36,672 nucleotides of DNA from Propionibacteriales bacterium. Lineage in GTDB: Bacteria > Actinomycetota > Actinomycetes > Propionibacteriales > Nocardioidaceae. The notes under the pieces were generated by a model that saw only the letters and a list, made by a program, of their open reading frames with translations, was not told where the DNA came from and did not search any database. The position numbers were made by a program, and so were the translations under genes. How positions within the stretch are numbered: position 1 is the first letter of the stretch; the number at the start of each line of letters is the position of its first letter. Below are positions 11,252-19,427 of this stretch, piece after piece. The stretch is taken from contig JBBSKO010000001.1 of assembly GCA_038256225.1 (NCBI GenBank), forward strand, positions 1 through 36,672. Direction: 5' to 3'.

Positions 11252-11992
11252 TCAGCGGTCGCGGGCCGTGGCCCGCTCCGCGGCGTACGTCGCGTCCAGC
11301 CGGGCCGCGTCGGCCCGCGCCACGAGGACGACCGAGCCGCCGAGCACCAGCGGCTCGGTGAAGGAGGCCAGACCTGGTGGGGAAGCCGGGTTGGCCTCGG
11401 TGAGGAGGCGGTCGCCGTCGGTGAGGTGACTCCCGGCGGCGGCCGCCCGCCACAGGTCTCCCTGGGTCTGCTCGGCGCCGTCGACCTCGACCGCGACGTC
11501 GTGGTGACCGGGCGGGTCCAGCGGGGTGAAGGCGTCGGGCTGTCCCCAGACCTCGATGCCGACGTCGTGCACCCCCGGCGGCAGCGGCTCGGCGAAGCGC
11601 ACCCCCATCGGGCGCAGCGAGCAGGCCAGCACCGGGACGTCGTCGGCGTGCGGCGCCCAGCGGGCGAGACCGTCCGGGCCGCAGACGACCGCGTCGGCCG
11701 GGTCGTCGCCGTCCAGGACGACCACGAGCCCCGCCGTCCAGGCCGCCCCGAGGAGGACCGGCCCGAGCCAGTGGGCCGGCAGGTCCACCCGCAGCCGGTC
11801 ACCGCGCTCGAGGTCGTGCTCCTCGCACAGCAGGGAGGCCGCCTTGGCGACCCAGTTGGCGTAGGTGGTCACCGACAGCTCGACCCGTTCGTCGGTGTCG
11901 TGGTCGTAGAACGTCACCAGCGGACGGCCGGGGTCGTGGGCCAGGGCGCGGGCGAGCACGCCGGCGAAGGTGGACGGCGGGGTCGTCAACAT
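11252..11992 (-). CDS. TIGR03089 family protein (Rv3268-like; truncated acyl-CoA synthetase-like fold)
   Basis: PLVTFYD..ERVELS..TYANWVAKAA..L and LPAHW motifs. It is divergent from manC, as in the mycobacterial Rv3264-Rv3268 region. ATG 11992 follows -10 TAGGCT. Confidence 0.85.
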   Translation of the reverse strand: MLTTPPSTFAGVLARALAHDPGRPLVTFYDHDTDERVELSVTTYANWVAKAASLLCEEHDLERGDRLRVDLPAHWLGPVLLGAAWTAGLVVVLDGDDPADAVVCGPDGLARWAPHADDVPVLACSLRPMGVRFAEPLPPGVHDVGIEVWGQPDAFTPLDPPGHHDVAVEVDGAEQTQGDLWRAAAAGSHLTDGDRLLTEANPASPPGLASFTEPLVLGGSVVLVARADAARLDATYAAERATARDR

Positions 11993-11999
11993 CGCCCTC

Positions 12000-12009
12000 A
12001 GCCTAGGGT
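12000..12009. promoter_or_regulatory. Overlapping bidirectional -10 elements (TAGGGT on +, TAGGCT on -)
   Basis: Sequence AGCCTAGGGT lies 6 nt from ATG 12016 (+) and 7 nt from ATG 11992 (-). Same geometry as 1241-1250. Confidence 0.7.
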
Positions 12010-12015
12010 GCCGCC

Positions 12016-13119
12016 ATGTCCTCCCCGTCCTCCGCCGTGCCCCACCTGTGGGCCGTCGTCCCCGCCGGCGGCGCCGGCACCCGGCTCTGGCCGCTGTCAC
12101 GACGCCACGAGCCGAAGTTCCTGCGCGACCTGACCGGCAGCGGCCGCTCACTCCTGCAGGCCACCTACGACCGGCTGGCGCCCCTGGTCGAGGACCGGTT
12201 CCTCGTCGTGACCGGCGCCGCCCACCGCGACGCCGTGGTGGGCCAGCTCGACGGCCTGGACCCCGCCGCGGTCCTGGCCGAGCCGTCCCCGCGCGACTCG
12301 ATGGCCGCCATCGGCCTGGCCGCGGCCCTGCTCGAGCAGCGCGACCCCGACGCCGTGATGGGCTCCTTCGCCGCCGACCACGTCATCACCGACGAGCCGG
12401 CCTTCCGGGCCGCGGTGAGGGACGCGGCCGAGGTCGCGCGCGGGGACCGGCTGGTGACGATCGGCATCGAGCCGACCTTCGCCTCCACGGCGTTCGGCTA
12501 CCTGCGGGTCGGCCCGGCCCTGCCGGGGTCGGGCGGCTACCAGGTCGAGGCCTTCGTCGAGAAGCCGTCGGAGGAGGTTGCCCGCGGCTACCTCGCCAGC
12601 GGCCGCTACCGGTGGAACGCCGGGATGTTCGTGGTGCGCCCGACGGTCCTGCTGGACCTGCTCGCCCGCTGGCACCCCGACTTCGCCCGCGACCTGCGGG
12701 CGCTGGCCGCCGGGGGCCCCGACGGCCTCCAGGACCGCCTCGCCCGGGGCTGGGACGCGCTGCCGAGGATCGCGCTGGACCACGCGGTGGCCGAGCCGGC
12801 CGCCGACGAGGGCGTGGTGGCCACGGTGCCCGGCGGCTTCGGCTGGGACGACGTCGGCGACTTCGACTCCCTGACCACCCTGCTGCCGGAGCCGGCCGAG
12901 GGGCCGCGCGTGATCGGCGACCCGGCCCTGGTGACCGCGCTCGGCACGACCGGCCTGGTCGTGCCGGCCGGTGGCCGTGTGGTCGCGGTCGTCGGCCTCG
13001 ACGACGTCGTGGTCATCGACACGCCTGACGCGCTGCTGGTGACGACCCGGGACCGGGCCCAGGAGGTCAAGCAGGTGGTGGCCCGGCTCGTGGCTCAGGG
13101 TCGCGCCGACCTGACCTGA
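12016..13119 (+). CDS. manC: Mannose-1-phosphate guanylyltransferase
   Basis: PAGGAGTRLWPLSR..PKF, EPSPRDS, FVEKP, WNAGMF and WDDVG. No C-terminal PMI cupin domain. Confidence 0.93.
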   Translation: MSSPSSAVPHLWAVVPAGGAGTRLWPLSRRHEPKFLRDLTGSGRSLLQATYDRLAPLVEDRFLVVTGAAHRDAVVGQLDGLDPAAVLAEPSPRDSMAAIGLAAALLEQRDPDAVMGSFAADHVITDEPAFRAAVRDAAEVARGDRLVTIGIEPTFASTAFGYLRVGPALPGSGGYQVEAFVEKPSEEVARGYLASGRYRWNAGMFVVRPTVLLDLLARWHPDFARDLRALAAGGPDGLQDRLARGWDALPRIALDHAVAEPAADEGVVATVPGGFGWDDVGDFDSLTTLLPEPAEGPRVIGDPALVTALGTTGLVVPAGGRVVAVVGLDDVVVIDTPDALLVTTRDRAQEVKQVVARLVAQGRADLT

Positions 13120-13125
13120 CCCGGC

Positions 13126-13872
13126 TCAGCCGCCGTTCGGCTCGGGGGAGTCGAAGTAGGGGTACTCCTCCATGAACGAGGACAGCGCCTCGCCGGAGAA
13201 CTCCGAGCAGTACTGCCACGCGCCGAGCTGGTCGCTGACCTCGGTGTTGCCCGCGCCGCCGGCCGACCAGTGCGTCAGCGCGACGTGCTGGCCGTCGGGG
13301 AACGGCTCGCCGTCCTCCTCGGTCCACGGCACGGCCTTGAACTTGTAGCGGTAGTTGTCGGTGCCGGGGAACTGGCTGGCCACCGCGCGCAGCTCGGTCA
13401 TCGCCTCGTCGTCGGCGGCGATCGTCTCGTCGTACCAGACGAAGGTGTAACCGTGCTCGAGGTTGTGCACCAGCTCGCGCAGGTCCGGGCGGTCGTCGAC
13501 GGCGTAGAGCTTGCGGTCCATCGTGTCCGGGGTGTCGTAGTGCGCACCGAACGCCGGCGGGCTCTCCTCGTACTCGACCGGCGTGCCCTCGGGCACGTGC
13601 TCCTGGTTGCCTTCTGCCTTCTTGGTCTCCACCTCGCCGCAGGCGCTGACCGGGGCGCCGAGCGAGGCCAGCTCGACGTCCTCGAACTGGCGCAGCTCCC
13701 ACCAGCTGGCGATCGGGCGGTACGCGGCGGCCCCCACGATCACCAGCGCGACGGCCACGCACACCATGACGATGGCCAGGCCGCGGCCGCGGTCGGCGGA
13801 CCGCTGCTTCTTGGTCAGGGCGTCGATCTTGGCCTTGCGGTCGGACTTCTGGCTCTTGGTGGACTTGGCCAC
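13126..13872 (-). CDS. DUF3105 domain membrane-anchored protein
   Basis: Basic N-terminus, one TM segment, then H...Y..SPP.FGAHY and LVHNLEHG...VWYD. The start is placed at GTG 13872 after SD GGAGG (13888-13884). Confidence 0.8.
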   Translation of the reverse strand: MAKSTKSQKSDRKAKIDALTKKQRSADRGRGLAIVMVCVAVALVIVGAAAYRPIASWWELRQFEDVELASLGAPVSACGEVETKKAEGNQEHVPEGTPVEYEESPPAFGAHYDTPDTMDRKLYAVDDRPDLRELVHNLEHGYTFVWYDETIAADDEAMTELRAVASQFPGTDNYRYKFKAVPWTEEDGEPFPDGQHVALTHWSAGGAGNTEVSDQLGAWQYCSEFSGEALSSFMEEYPYFDSPEPNGG

Positions 13873-13984
13873 GGCGCGGAGCACCTCCGGGTCTGGTGGG
13901 GGCGGGACTGTCGAGCAGGTGGCCCGCCGCGGTCACGGGGCCGGGCGCGCCGTCAGGCGGCTCGCGCGGGATCCGCGGGTGAGT

Positions 13985-15007
13985 CTACGGATGGTCCGGT
14001 GGGCCCGCGGACCGCGGGCGGAGGGCGTACGTGCTGCTCCCCGCGGCGCGGTCGGCCACCCAGCCGTGGGCGAAGACCACCGCGTGCATCCCGCCCTCGC
14101 GTGCGGGGTCGTAGCGACCGCCGGGGTCGACGTCGAGGTGCAGCAGCCCCGGGCCTGCGGGGCGGACGACCGCGCCGTCGCCCAGCGCGACCGTCAGCGC
14201 GGAGGCGAGGTCCTCGACGGCGGCCACCGCGCCGAACGGGGGGGCGTCGTCGACGGCGCCGCGCACCGCGCGGACCACCGCCTCCCGCGCGCCCCAGCCG
14301 AAGAGGTCCGCGCCCTCGGGCCGCACCAGGGCCCGCGCGCCGGGACCGTGGTCGCCGGCCGCCAGCACGAGGTCCGCCCGGCCGCGCACGACCGCGAACG
14401 GGCGGGCGTGCAGCTTGCCCTGGGCGAGCTCGGCGGCACCGGCGATCTCGTCGGCCACCGCCGGCGCGGTCACCAGCAGGGGGTTGCCGTGGGCGTCCGT
14501 ACGGCCGGCGTGGTCGTCGAGGACCACCAGGCCGGCGGCGCCGACGGCGATGTCGGTCTGACCCTCGCGCCAGGCCCGCCCGGCGGTGTCGGTGACCACC
14601 ACGCCGACGGTGCGCCCGGTGCGCGCGAGCACCTCCTCGCGCAGGTGGCGGGCAGTGGCGTCGGGGTCGACGGGCAGCAGGACGACCCGGCCGGTGGCCA
14701 CGTTGGAGGCGTCGATCCCGGCCGCGGCGAGGGTCAGCCCGTGGTGGGTGCGCACGATCCGGGTCGGCCCGCGGCGCGCCACCGGTCGTGCGGTCTCGGC
14801 GTCCAGGTGCTCCTCGCGGGTCCCGTCGACGACGCGACCCTCCGCCTTGGCCACGGCCTTGCTGGTGACGACCAGGACGTCGCCGTCGGCGAGGTCGAGC
14901 CCCGCCTCCTCCAGCACGGTGAGCACCAGGCCGAGCAGGTCGTCACCGGTCGCGACCTCCGGCGTCCCGTCCGGCGCGTGGACCTCCACCGAACCGCCCG
15001 GGCTCAC
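13985..15007 (-). CDS. cofE: Coenzyme F420-0:L-glutamate ligase (CofE/FbiB N-terminal domain only)
   Basis: PEV..GDDL, DGDVLVVTSKAVAKAEGR, AAAGIDASN, TDTAGRAWREGQTDIAVG and ADEIAGAAEL. Overlaps the cofD stop. Confidence 0.92.
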   Translation of the reverse strand: MSPGGSVEVHAPDGTPEVATGDDLLGLVLTVLEEAGLDLADGDVLVVTSKAVAKAEGRVVDGTREEHLDAETARPVARRGPTRIVRTHHGLTLAAAGIDASNVATGRVVLLPVDPDATARHLREEVLARTGRTVGVVVTDTAGRAWREGQTDIAVGAAGLVVLDDHAGRTDAHGNPLLVTAPAVADEIAGAAELAQGKLHARPFAVVRGRADLVLAAGDHGPGARALVRPEGADLFGWGAREAVVRAVRGAVDDAPPFGAVAAVEDLASALTVALGDGAVVRPAGPGLLHLDVDPGGRYDPAREGGMHAVVFAHGWVADRAAGSSTYALRPRSAGPPDHP

Positions 15008-15990
15008 CCGCGGGCCGGGGCCGCGGCGGCCAGGTCGAGGGCGGCGCGGGCCATGGCGGCGGTCGCGTCGAGGTCGGTCATCATCAACGGCACCGCGCGG
15101 GCGGGGAGCCCGGCAGCCGAGACCCGCTCGGCGTCGGCGGCGTCGGAGGTGTCGACGAGCCAGCCGTCGAGCACGCCGCCGGCGTCGCGGGACCCGTAGT
15201 GCAGGCCCACCCCGGCCGCGCTGACCTCGACGCCGACGGCCTGCAGCAGCTGCCGGGCCATGCCGCGTACGTGGGTCCCGCTGATGATCGGGGACAGCCC
15301 GACCACGGGGGCCGCGGTCGCGCGGAGGGCGTCACGCACGCCGGGGACGCCGAGGATGGTGCCGACGGACACGACCGGGTTCGAGGGCGGCACGAGCACG
15401 ACGTCGGCGTCGGCGACCGCCTCCAGCACGCCGGGGGCGGGGGAGGAGTCCTCCAGCCCGACGACGACGACCTGCTCGGCGGGGACGGCTGCGCGCAGCC
15501 GGATCCAGTACTCCTGGAAGTGCACGGCCCGCCGCCCGCTCGGTGCCTCGGGGTCGGCGACCACCACGTGGGTCTCGACCCGGTCGTCGGTCATCGGGAG
15601 CAGGCGCACGCCCGGCTCCCACCGGCGGCACAGCGCCTCGGTGACGGCCGTGAGCGGGTAGCCGGCCTCGAGCATCTGGGTGCGCACGAGGTGGGTGGCG
15701 ACGTCGCGGTCGCCGAGCCCGAACCAGGTCGGCTCGACCCCGTAGGCCGCGAGCTCCTCCTTGACTCCCCAGGACTCGTCGCGACGGCCCCAGCCACGCT
15801 CGGGATCGATGCCGTCCCCCAAGGTGTACATCACCGTGTCGAGGTCGGGGCAGACCTTCAGGCCGTGGACCCAGAGGTCGTCGGCGGTGTTGGTCACGAC
15901 GGTGACGTCGGCGTCGGGGAGCAGGTGGAGCAGGCCCTGGAGGAACCGGGCGCCGCCGATTCCGCCCGAGAGCACGGTGATCTTACGCAT
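15004..15990 (-). CDS. cofD: 2-phospho-L-lactate (phosphoenolpyruvate) transferase CofD/FbiA
   Basis: LSGGIGGARF, CPDLDTVMYTL, WFGLGDRD.ATH, HFQEYW and PSNPVVS. ATG 15990 lies 6 nt after a minus-strand CACAGT. Confidence 0.95.
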   Translation of the reverse strand: MRKITVLSGGIGGARFLQGLLHLLPDADVTVVTNTADDLWVHGLKVCPDLDTVMYTLGDGIDPERGWGRRDESWGVKEELAAYGVEPTWFGLGDRDVATHLVRTQMLEAGYPLTAVTEALCRRWEPGVRLLPMTDDRVETHVVVADPEAPSGRRAVHFQEYWIRLRAAVPAEQVVVVGLEDSSPAPGVLEAVADADVVLVPPSNPVVSVGTILGVPGVRDALRATAAPVVGLSPIISGTHVRGMARQLLQAVGVEVSAAGVGLHYGSRDAGGVLDGWLVDTSDAADAERVSAAGLPARAVPLMMTDLDATAAMARAALDLAAAAPARG

Positions 15991-16034
15991 GTGCCTACTG
16001 TGCCGGGTGGGTTCTGCACATAGCAGATCCGGGC

Positions 16035-16064
16035 TTGACTTCCGTGGCACGACAGGCATGTAAT
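16035..16064 (+). promoter_or_regulatory. whiB promoter (-35 TTGACT, 18-nt spacer, -10 TGTAAT)
   Basis: Near-consensus housekeeping-sigma hexamers about 80 nt upstream of the whiB ATG. Confidence 0.65.
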
Positions 16065-16065
16065 T
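16048..16065. promoter_or_regulatory. McdR/BldO-like operator overlapping the whiB spacer and -10
   Basis: CACGACA-GGCA-TGTAATT has a perfect right half and two mismatches in the left half versus AATnACA-N4-TGTnATT. whiB/whiB2 is the known target of McdR (mycobacteria) and BldO (Streptomyces). Confidence 0.6.
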
Positions 16066-16142
16066 CCCACAGTGTCGTTCGGGTCCCCACCCTCTCGGCG
16101 CAGGGTCGGAACAACACCAGCAGGGTCGAAAGGGCGTGCACC

Positions 16143-16397
16143 ATGAGAGAGCTTTTCCTCCTCGAACCCGAGATCGACACCGAGGGTTGGCAGGAGCGTG
16201 CGTTGTGCGCGCAGACGGACCCGGAGGCGTTCTTCCCCGAGAAGGGGGGATCGACCCGCGAGGCCAAGAAGGTGTGCCTCAGCTGTGACGTGCGCACCGA
16301 GTGCCTCGAGGCCGCGCTGATGAACGACGAGCGCTTCGGCATCTGGGGCGGTCTGTCCGAGCGTGAGCGCCGCAAGCTGAAGAAGCTGGCGATCTGA
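16143..16397 (+). CDS. whiB: WhiB family Fe-S transcription factor, WhiB/WhiB2 (cell division) type
   Basis: WQERALCAQTDPEAFFPEKGGSTREAKKVC..C..R.EC...ERFGIWGGLSERERR with four Cys. Syntenic with cofD. Confidence 0.96.
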   Translation: MRELFLLEPEIDTEGWQERALCAQTDPEAFFPEKGGSTREAKKVCLSCDVRTECLEAALMNDERFGIWGGLSERERRKLKKLAI

Positions 16398-16406
16398 TCG
16401 CACCCA

Positions 16407-16434
16407 GCCGGCGCCGCGTCCTGTGGCGCCCGGC
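16407..16434 (+). terminator. GC-rich hairpin after whiB
   Basis: GCCGGCGCCGC-GTCCT-GTGGCGCCCGGC imperfect stem starting about 10 nt after the stop. Confidence 0.4.
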
Positions 16435-16463
16435 GGTCCGCCGCGTTTGTACAGTGGTCGACC

Positions 16464-19427
16464 GTGCCTCCGTCCGCCGTCGCCCCTGAGCCTGCCCCCG
16501 GGCCCGCCCCGGCGTCGGTCGCGGTGCTGCTCGTCAGCCACGACGGGCAGCGGTGGCTGCCGACCGTGCTGGACGGGCTCGCGGCCCAGGCCCGGGTCGG
16601 ACGGGTCGTCGGCGTCGACACCGGCAGCAGGGACGCGAGCGCCTCGCTGGTCGAGGCCGCCCTCGCGCAGGGCCCGCTGCGCGGTGAGGTCGTCCGCGCC
16701 GGGTCGGCCATCTCGTTCCCCGACGCGGTACGGACTGGTCTGGACCGCCTGGCCGCCACCGGGGAGCTCCCGGAGTGGATCTGGGTGCTGCACGACGACG
16801 CCACCCCGGCCCCCGGCGCGCTCGACGCGCTGCTGGCCGCGGCCTCCGAGCACCCCGAGGCCGACCTGCTCGGGCCGAAGCTGCGGGAGTGGCCCTCGCT
16901 TCGCCGCCTGCTCGAGCTGGGGGTCACGATCTCCGGCACCGGGCAGCGCGAGACCGGTCTGGAGCGCGGCGAGTACGACCAGGGGCAGCACGACGAGCTG
17001 CGCGAGGTGCTGGCGGTCAACACCGCCGGGATGCTGGTGCGGCGCCGCCTGCTCGAGGAGCTCGGTGGCCTCGACCCCGCGCTCCCGCTCTTCGGCAACG
17101 ACCTCGACCTCGGCTGGCGCGCGGCCGCGGCCGGGCGGACGACGCTCGTGGTGCCCCAGGCCGTGGTGTTCCACGCCGAGGCCGCCCACCGCGGTGCCCG
17201 ACGCACGCCGCTGACCGGACGGCACACCCACTACCAGGAGCGCCGCGCCGCGCTCTACACGCTGCTGGTCAACGCCCCGGCCCGACGGCTGCCGCTGATG
17301 GTGGTGCGGCTGGTGCTCGGCACGCTGCTGCGGATGGTCGGCCTGGTGCTGGTCCGCGCGGTCGGCGAGGCGCTCGACGACCTCGCGGCGCTGCTCTCGG
17401 TGCTCTCCTCCCCGGGGGAGCTGCGGGCGGCGCGCCGCGCCCGCACCGCCGCACGCGGCGGTCGCGCGGCCGACGAGGCGCGGGTCAGCCGGCTGCGGGC
17501 GCCGTTCTGGGTGCCGTACCGGCACGGGCTCGACGTCGTCTCCGACCTCGCCTCCGCGCTCACCGACCAGGCCTCGGACGTCGCCGAGCGGCGCCGCGCG
17601 GCCAGCGCCGCGCACGACCCGTCGTCGATGGCGAACCGTCGCGCCAAGCCCGAGCCCGAGGACGACGAGGCGCCGGCCGACAACGGGGTGCTGGTGGGGC
17701 TGCTGACCAACCCGATCGCGGTCCTGCTGGTGGTCGTGGTCGTCGGGCTGCTGGTCGCCGGGCGCGCCGGCCTCGGCTCGGTCAGCGGCGGCGTGCTCTC
17801 GCCGGCCCCGGAGTCTGTCGGTGCCTGGTGGTCGCTGCACACGGGCTCCTGGCTGCCGCTCGGCCAGGGCACCGCGGTGCCCGCTCCGGCGTACGTCCTG
17901 CCGCTCGCGCTGCTCGGGACCCTCCTCACGCCGGCCGGCGCGGTGTCGTCCGTGCTGGTGCTGGCCGCGCCGCTGGCGCTGTGGGGCTCCTGGCGCCTCC
18001 TGCGGGTGGTCGGACGGCTGGCCAGTCCGCGCGGGGCGTCGCGCTGGCTGCTGCTGGCCGGGTCGACCACCTACGCCCTGGTCCCGCTGGCCAGCGGGGC
18101 GTGGGGCGAGGGACGGCTGGGCCCGGTGGTGGCGGCCGTGCTGCTGCCGTGGACCGCGCACGCGTGCCTCGGCTTCGCCGACCCCGACCCGGACCGCCGC
18201 TGGCGCGCCGCGTGGCGGTCCGGCCTGCTGCTCGCGCTGACCTGTGCGTTCGCCCCCGTGACGTGGTTCGCCGCACTCCTGCTCGGGGTCGTGGTGCTGG
18301 CCCTCGGCGCGGCGCTGGCCCCGGGCGCCGTACGGGAGCGCTCGGCGTGGGGCCCGCCGGCGGTGGCGCTCGGTGTGGTGCCGGTGCTGCTGCTCCCGTG
18401 GTGGCTGCCGCTGCTCGTGCACGGCGGCGCGGCCGGGCTCCTGCTCGAGGCCGGGGCCCCGGTGACCGACCCGGCGCTCGCCCCGGACGGCCCGGGCGCG
18501 CTGCTCGGGCGGGTCGGCGAGGTCGGCGCGCTCGGTGCCCCCGCGTGGCTGGGCGTCGTCCTGCTGGTCCTCGGCCTGGCGGCGCTGCTGCCACGCCGCA
18601 GCCGGGTCGGTGTGCTGGTGTGCTGGCTGGTCGCGGCCGTGGTCGCGGTCACGGCGGCCCTGGTCTCCCTGGTCCCGCTCTCCCTCGACGGCGTGCCCGT
18701 CGCCCCCGGGGTCGGCGCCCTCGTCGTGCTCTGGCAGGGCTGCCTGGTCACGGCGGCGGTCCTCGGCGGACAAGGCCTGCTCGAGGGCGGGGCGCTGCAG
18801 GCCGGTGCGGGCGAGCGACCCCGCCCGGTCCTCGCCCTGGCGGCGACGGTGGCCGTGGCGGCCCTGGTGGTCCCGCTCGGCGGGATGGTCTGGGCGGTCC
18901 TCGACGGCCAGGAGGAGCTGGTCGACGAGCCCGCCGGTGACGTCCCGGCCTACATGCTCCAGAGCGCGGCGACCGGTCCCGAGCACGGGATCCTGGTCGT
19001 GCGCGGGTCGGTGCAGGACGGCCTGACCTACGCCGTCGTGCGCGACGACGGCCCCACCGCGGGGGAGGACGAGGTGCTGGCGCTGACGGCCGAGGACGCC
19101 GGCGTCACCGGTCGGGTCCAGGCGCTGGTCTCCGCGCCCACGCCGGCCGTCGTCGCCGGCCTCGCGGGTGACGGCGTCGAGTACGTCGTCCTCCCGGCGC
19201 CCGTGGACGGCCGCGTGGCCGCCGGGCTCGACGCGACCAGCGGGCTGGCGCAGGCCAGTGCCGGGGACCGCAGCACCCGTGCCTGGCAGGTCGAGCGCGC
19301 GCTCGACCCCGACGCCGTCTCCGGCTCCGGCGGCTGGTGGCGCCCGGTCCTGCTCGTGGTCCAGGCGCTGGCCGTGCTGGCCGTGCTGGTGCTCGCGGCG
19401 CCGACGACCCGGGAGGCCCGCCGATGA
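16464..19427 (+). CDS. GT2 glycosyltransferase fused to a large multi-pass membrane domain
   Basis: N-terminal GT-A domain (VDTGSRD, WVLHDD, GPKL, DLDLGWR) followed by more than 10 hydrophobic segments. TACAGT -10 at 16450-16455 precedes the GTG. Confidence 0.85.
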   Translation: MPPSAVAPEPAPGPAPASVAVLLVSHDGQRWLPTVLDGLAAQARVGRVVGVDTGSRDASASLVEAALAQGPLRGEVVRAGSAISFPDAVRTGLDRLAATGELPEWIWVLHDDATPAPGALDALLAAASEHPEADLLGPKLREWPSLRRLLELGVTISGTGQRETGLERGEYDQGQHDELREVLAVNTAGMLVRRRLLEELGGLDPALPLFGNDLDLGWRAAAAGRTTLVVPQAVVFHAEAAHRGARRTPLTGRHTHYQERRAALYTLLVNAPARRLPLMVVRLVLGTLLRMVGLVLVRAVGEALDDLAALLSVLSSPGELRAARRARTAARGGRAADEARVSRLRAPFWVPYRHGLDVVSDLASALTDQASDVAERRRAASAAHDPSSMANRRAKPEPEDDEAPADNGVLVGLLTNPIAVLLVVVVVGLLVAGRAGLGSVSGGVLSPAPESVGAWWSLHTGSWLPLGQGTAVPAPAYVLPLALLGTLLTPAGAVSSVLVLAAPLALWGSWRLLRVVGRLASPRGASRWLLLAGSTTYALVPLASGAWGEGRLGPVVAAVLLPWTAHACLGFADPDPDRRWRAAWRSGLLLALTCAFAPVTWFAALLLGVVVLALGAALAPGAVRERSAWGPPAVALGVVPVLLLPWWLPLLVHGGAAGLLLEAGAPVTDPALAPDGPGALLGRVGEVGALGAPAWLGVVLLVLGLAALLPRRSRVGVLVCWLVAAVVAVTAALVSLVPLSLDGVPVAPGVGALVVLWQGCLVTAAVLGGQGLLEGGALQAGAGERPRPVLALAATVAVAALVVPLGGMVWAVLDGQEELVDEPAGDVPAYMLQSAATGPEHGILVVRGSVQDGLTYAVVRDDGPTAGEDEVLALTAEDAGVTGRVQALVSAPTPAVVAGLAGDGVEYVVLPAPVDGRVAAGLDATSGLAQASAGDRSTRAWQVERALDPDAVSGSGGWWRPVLLVVQALAVLAVLVLAAPTTREARR

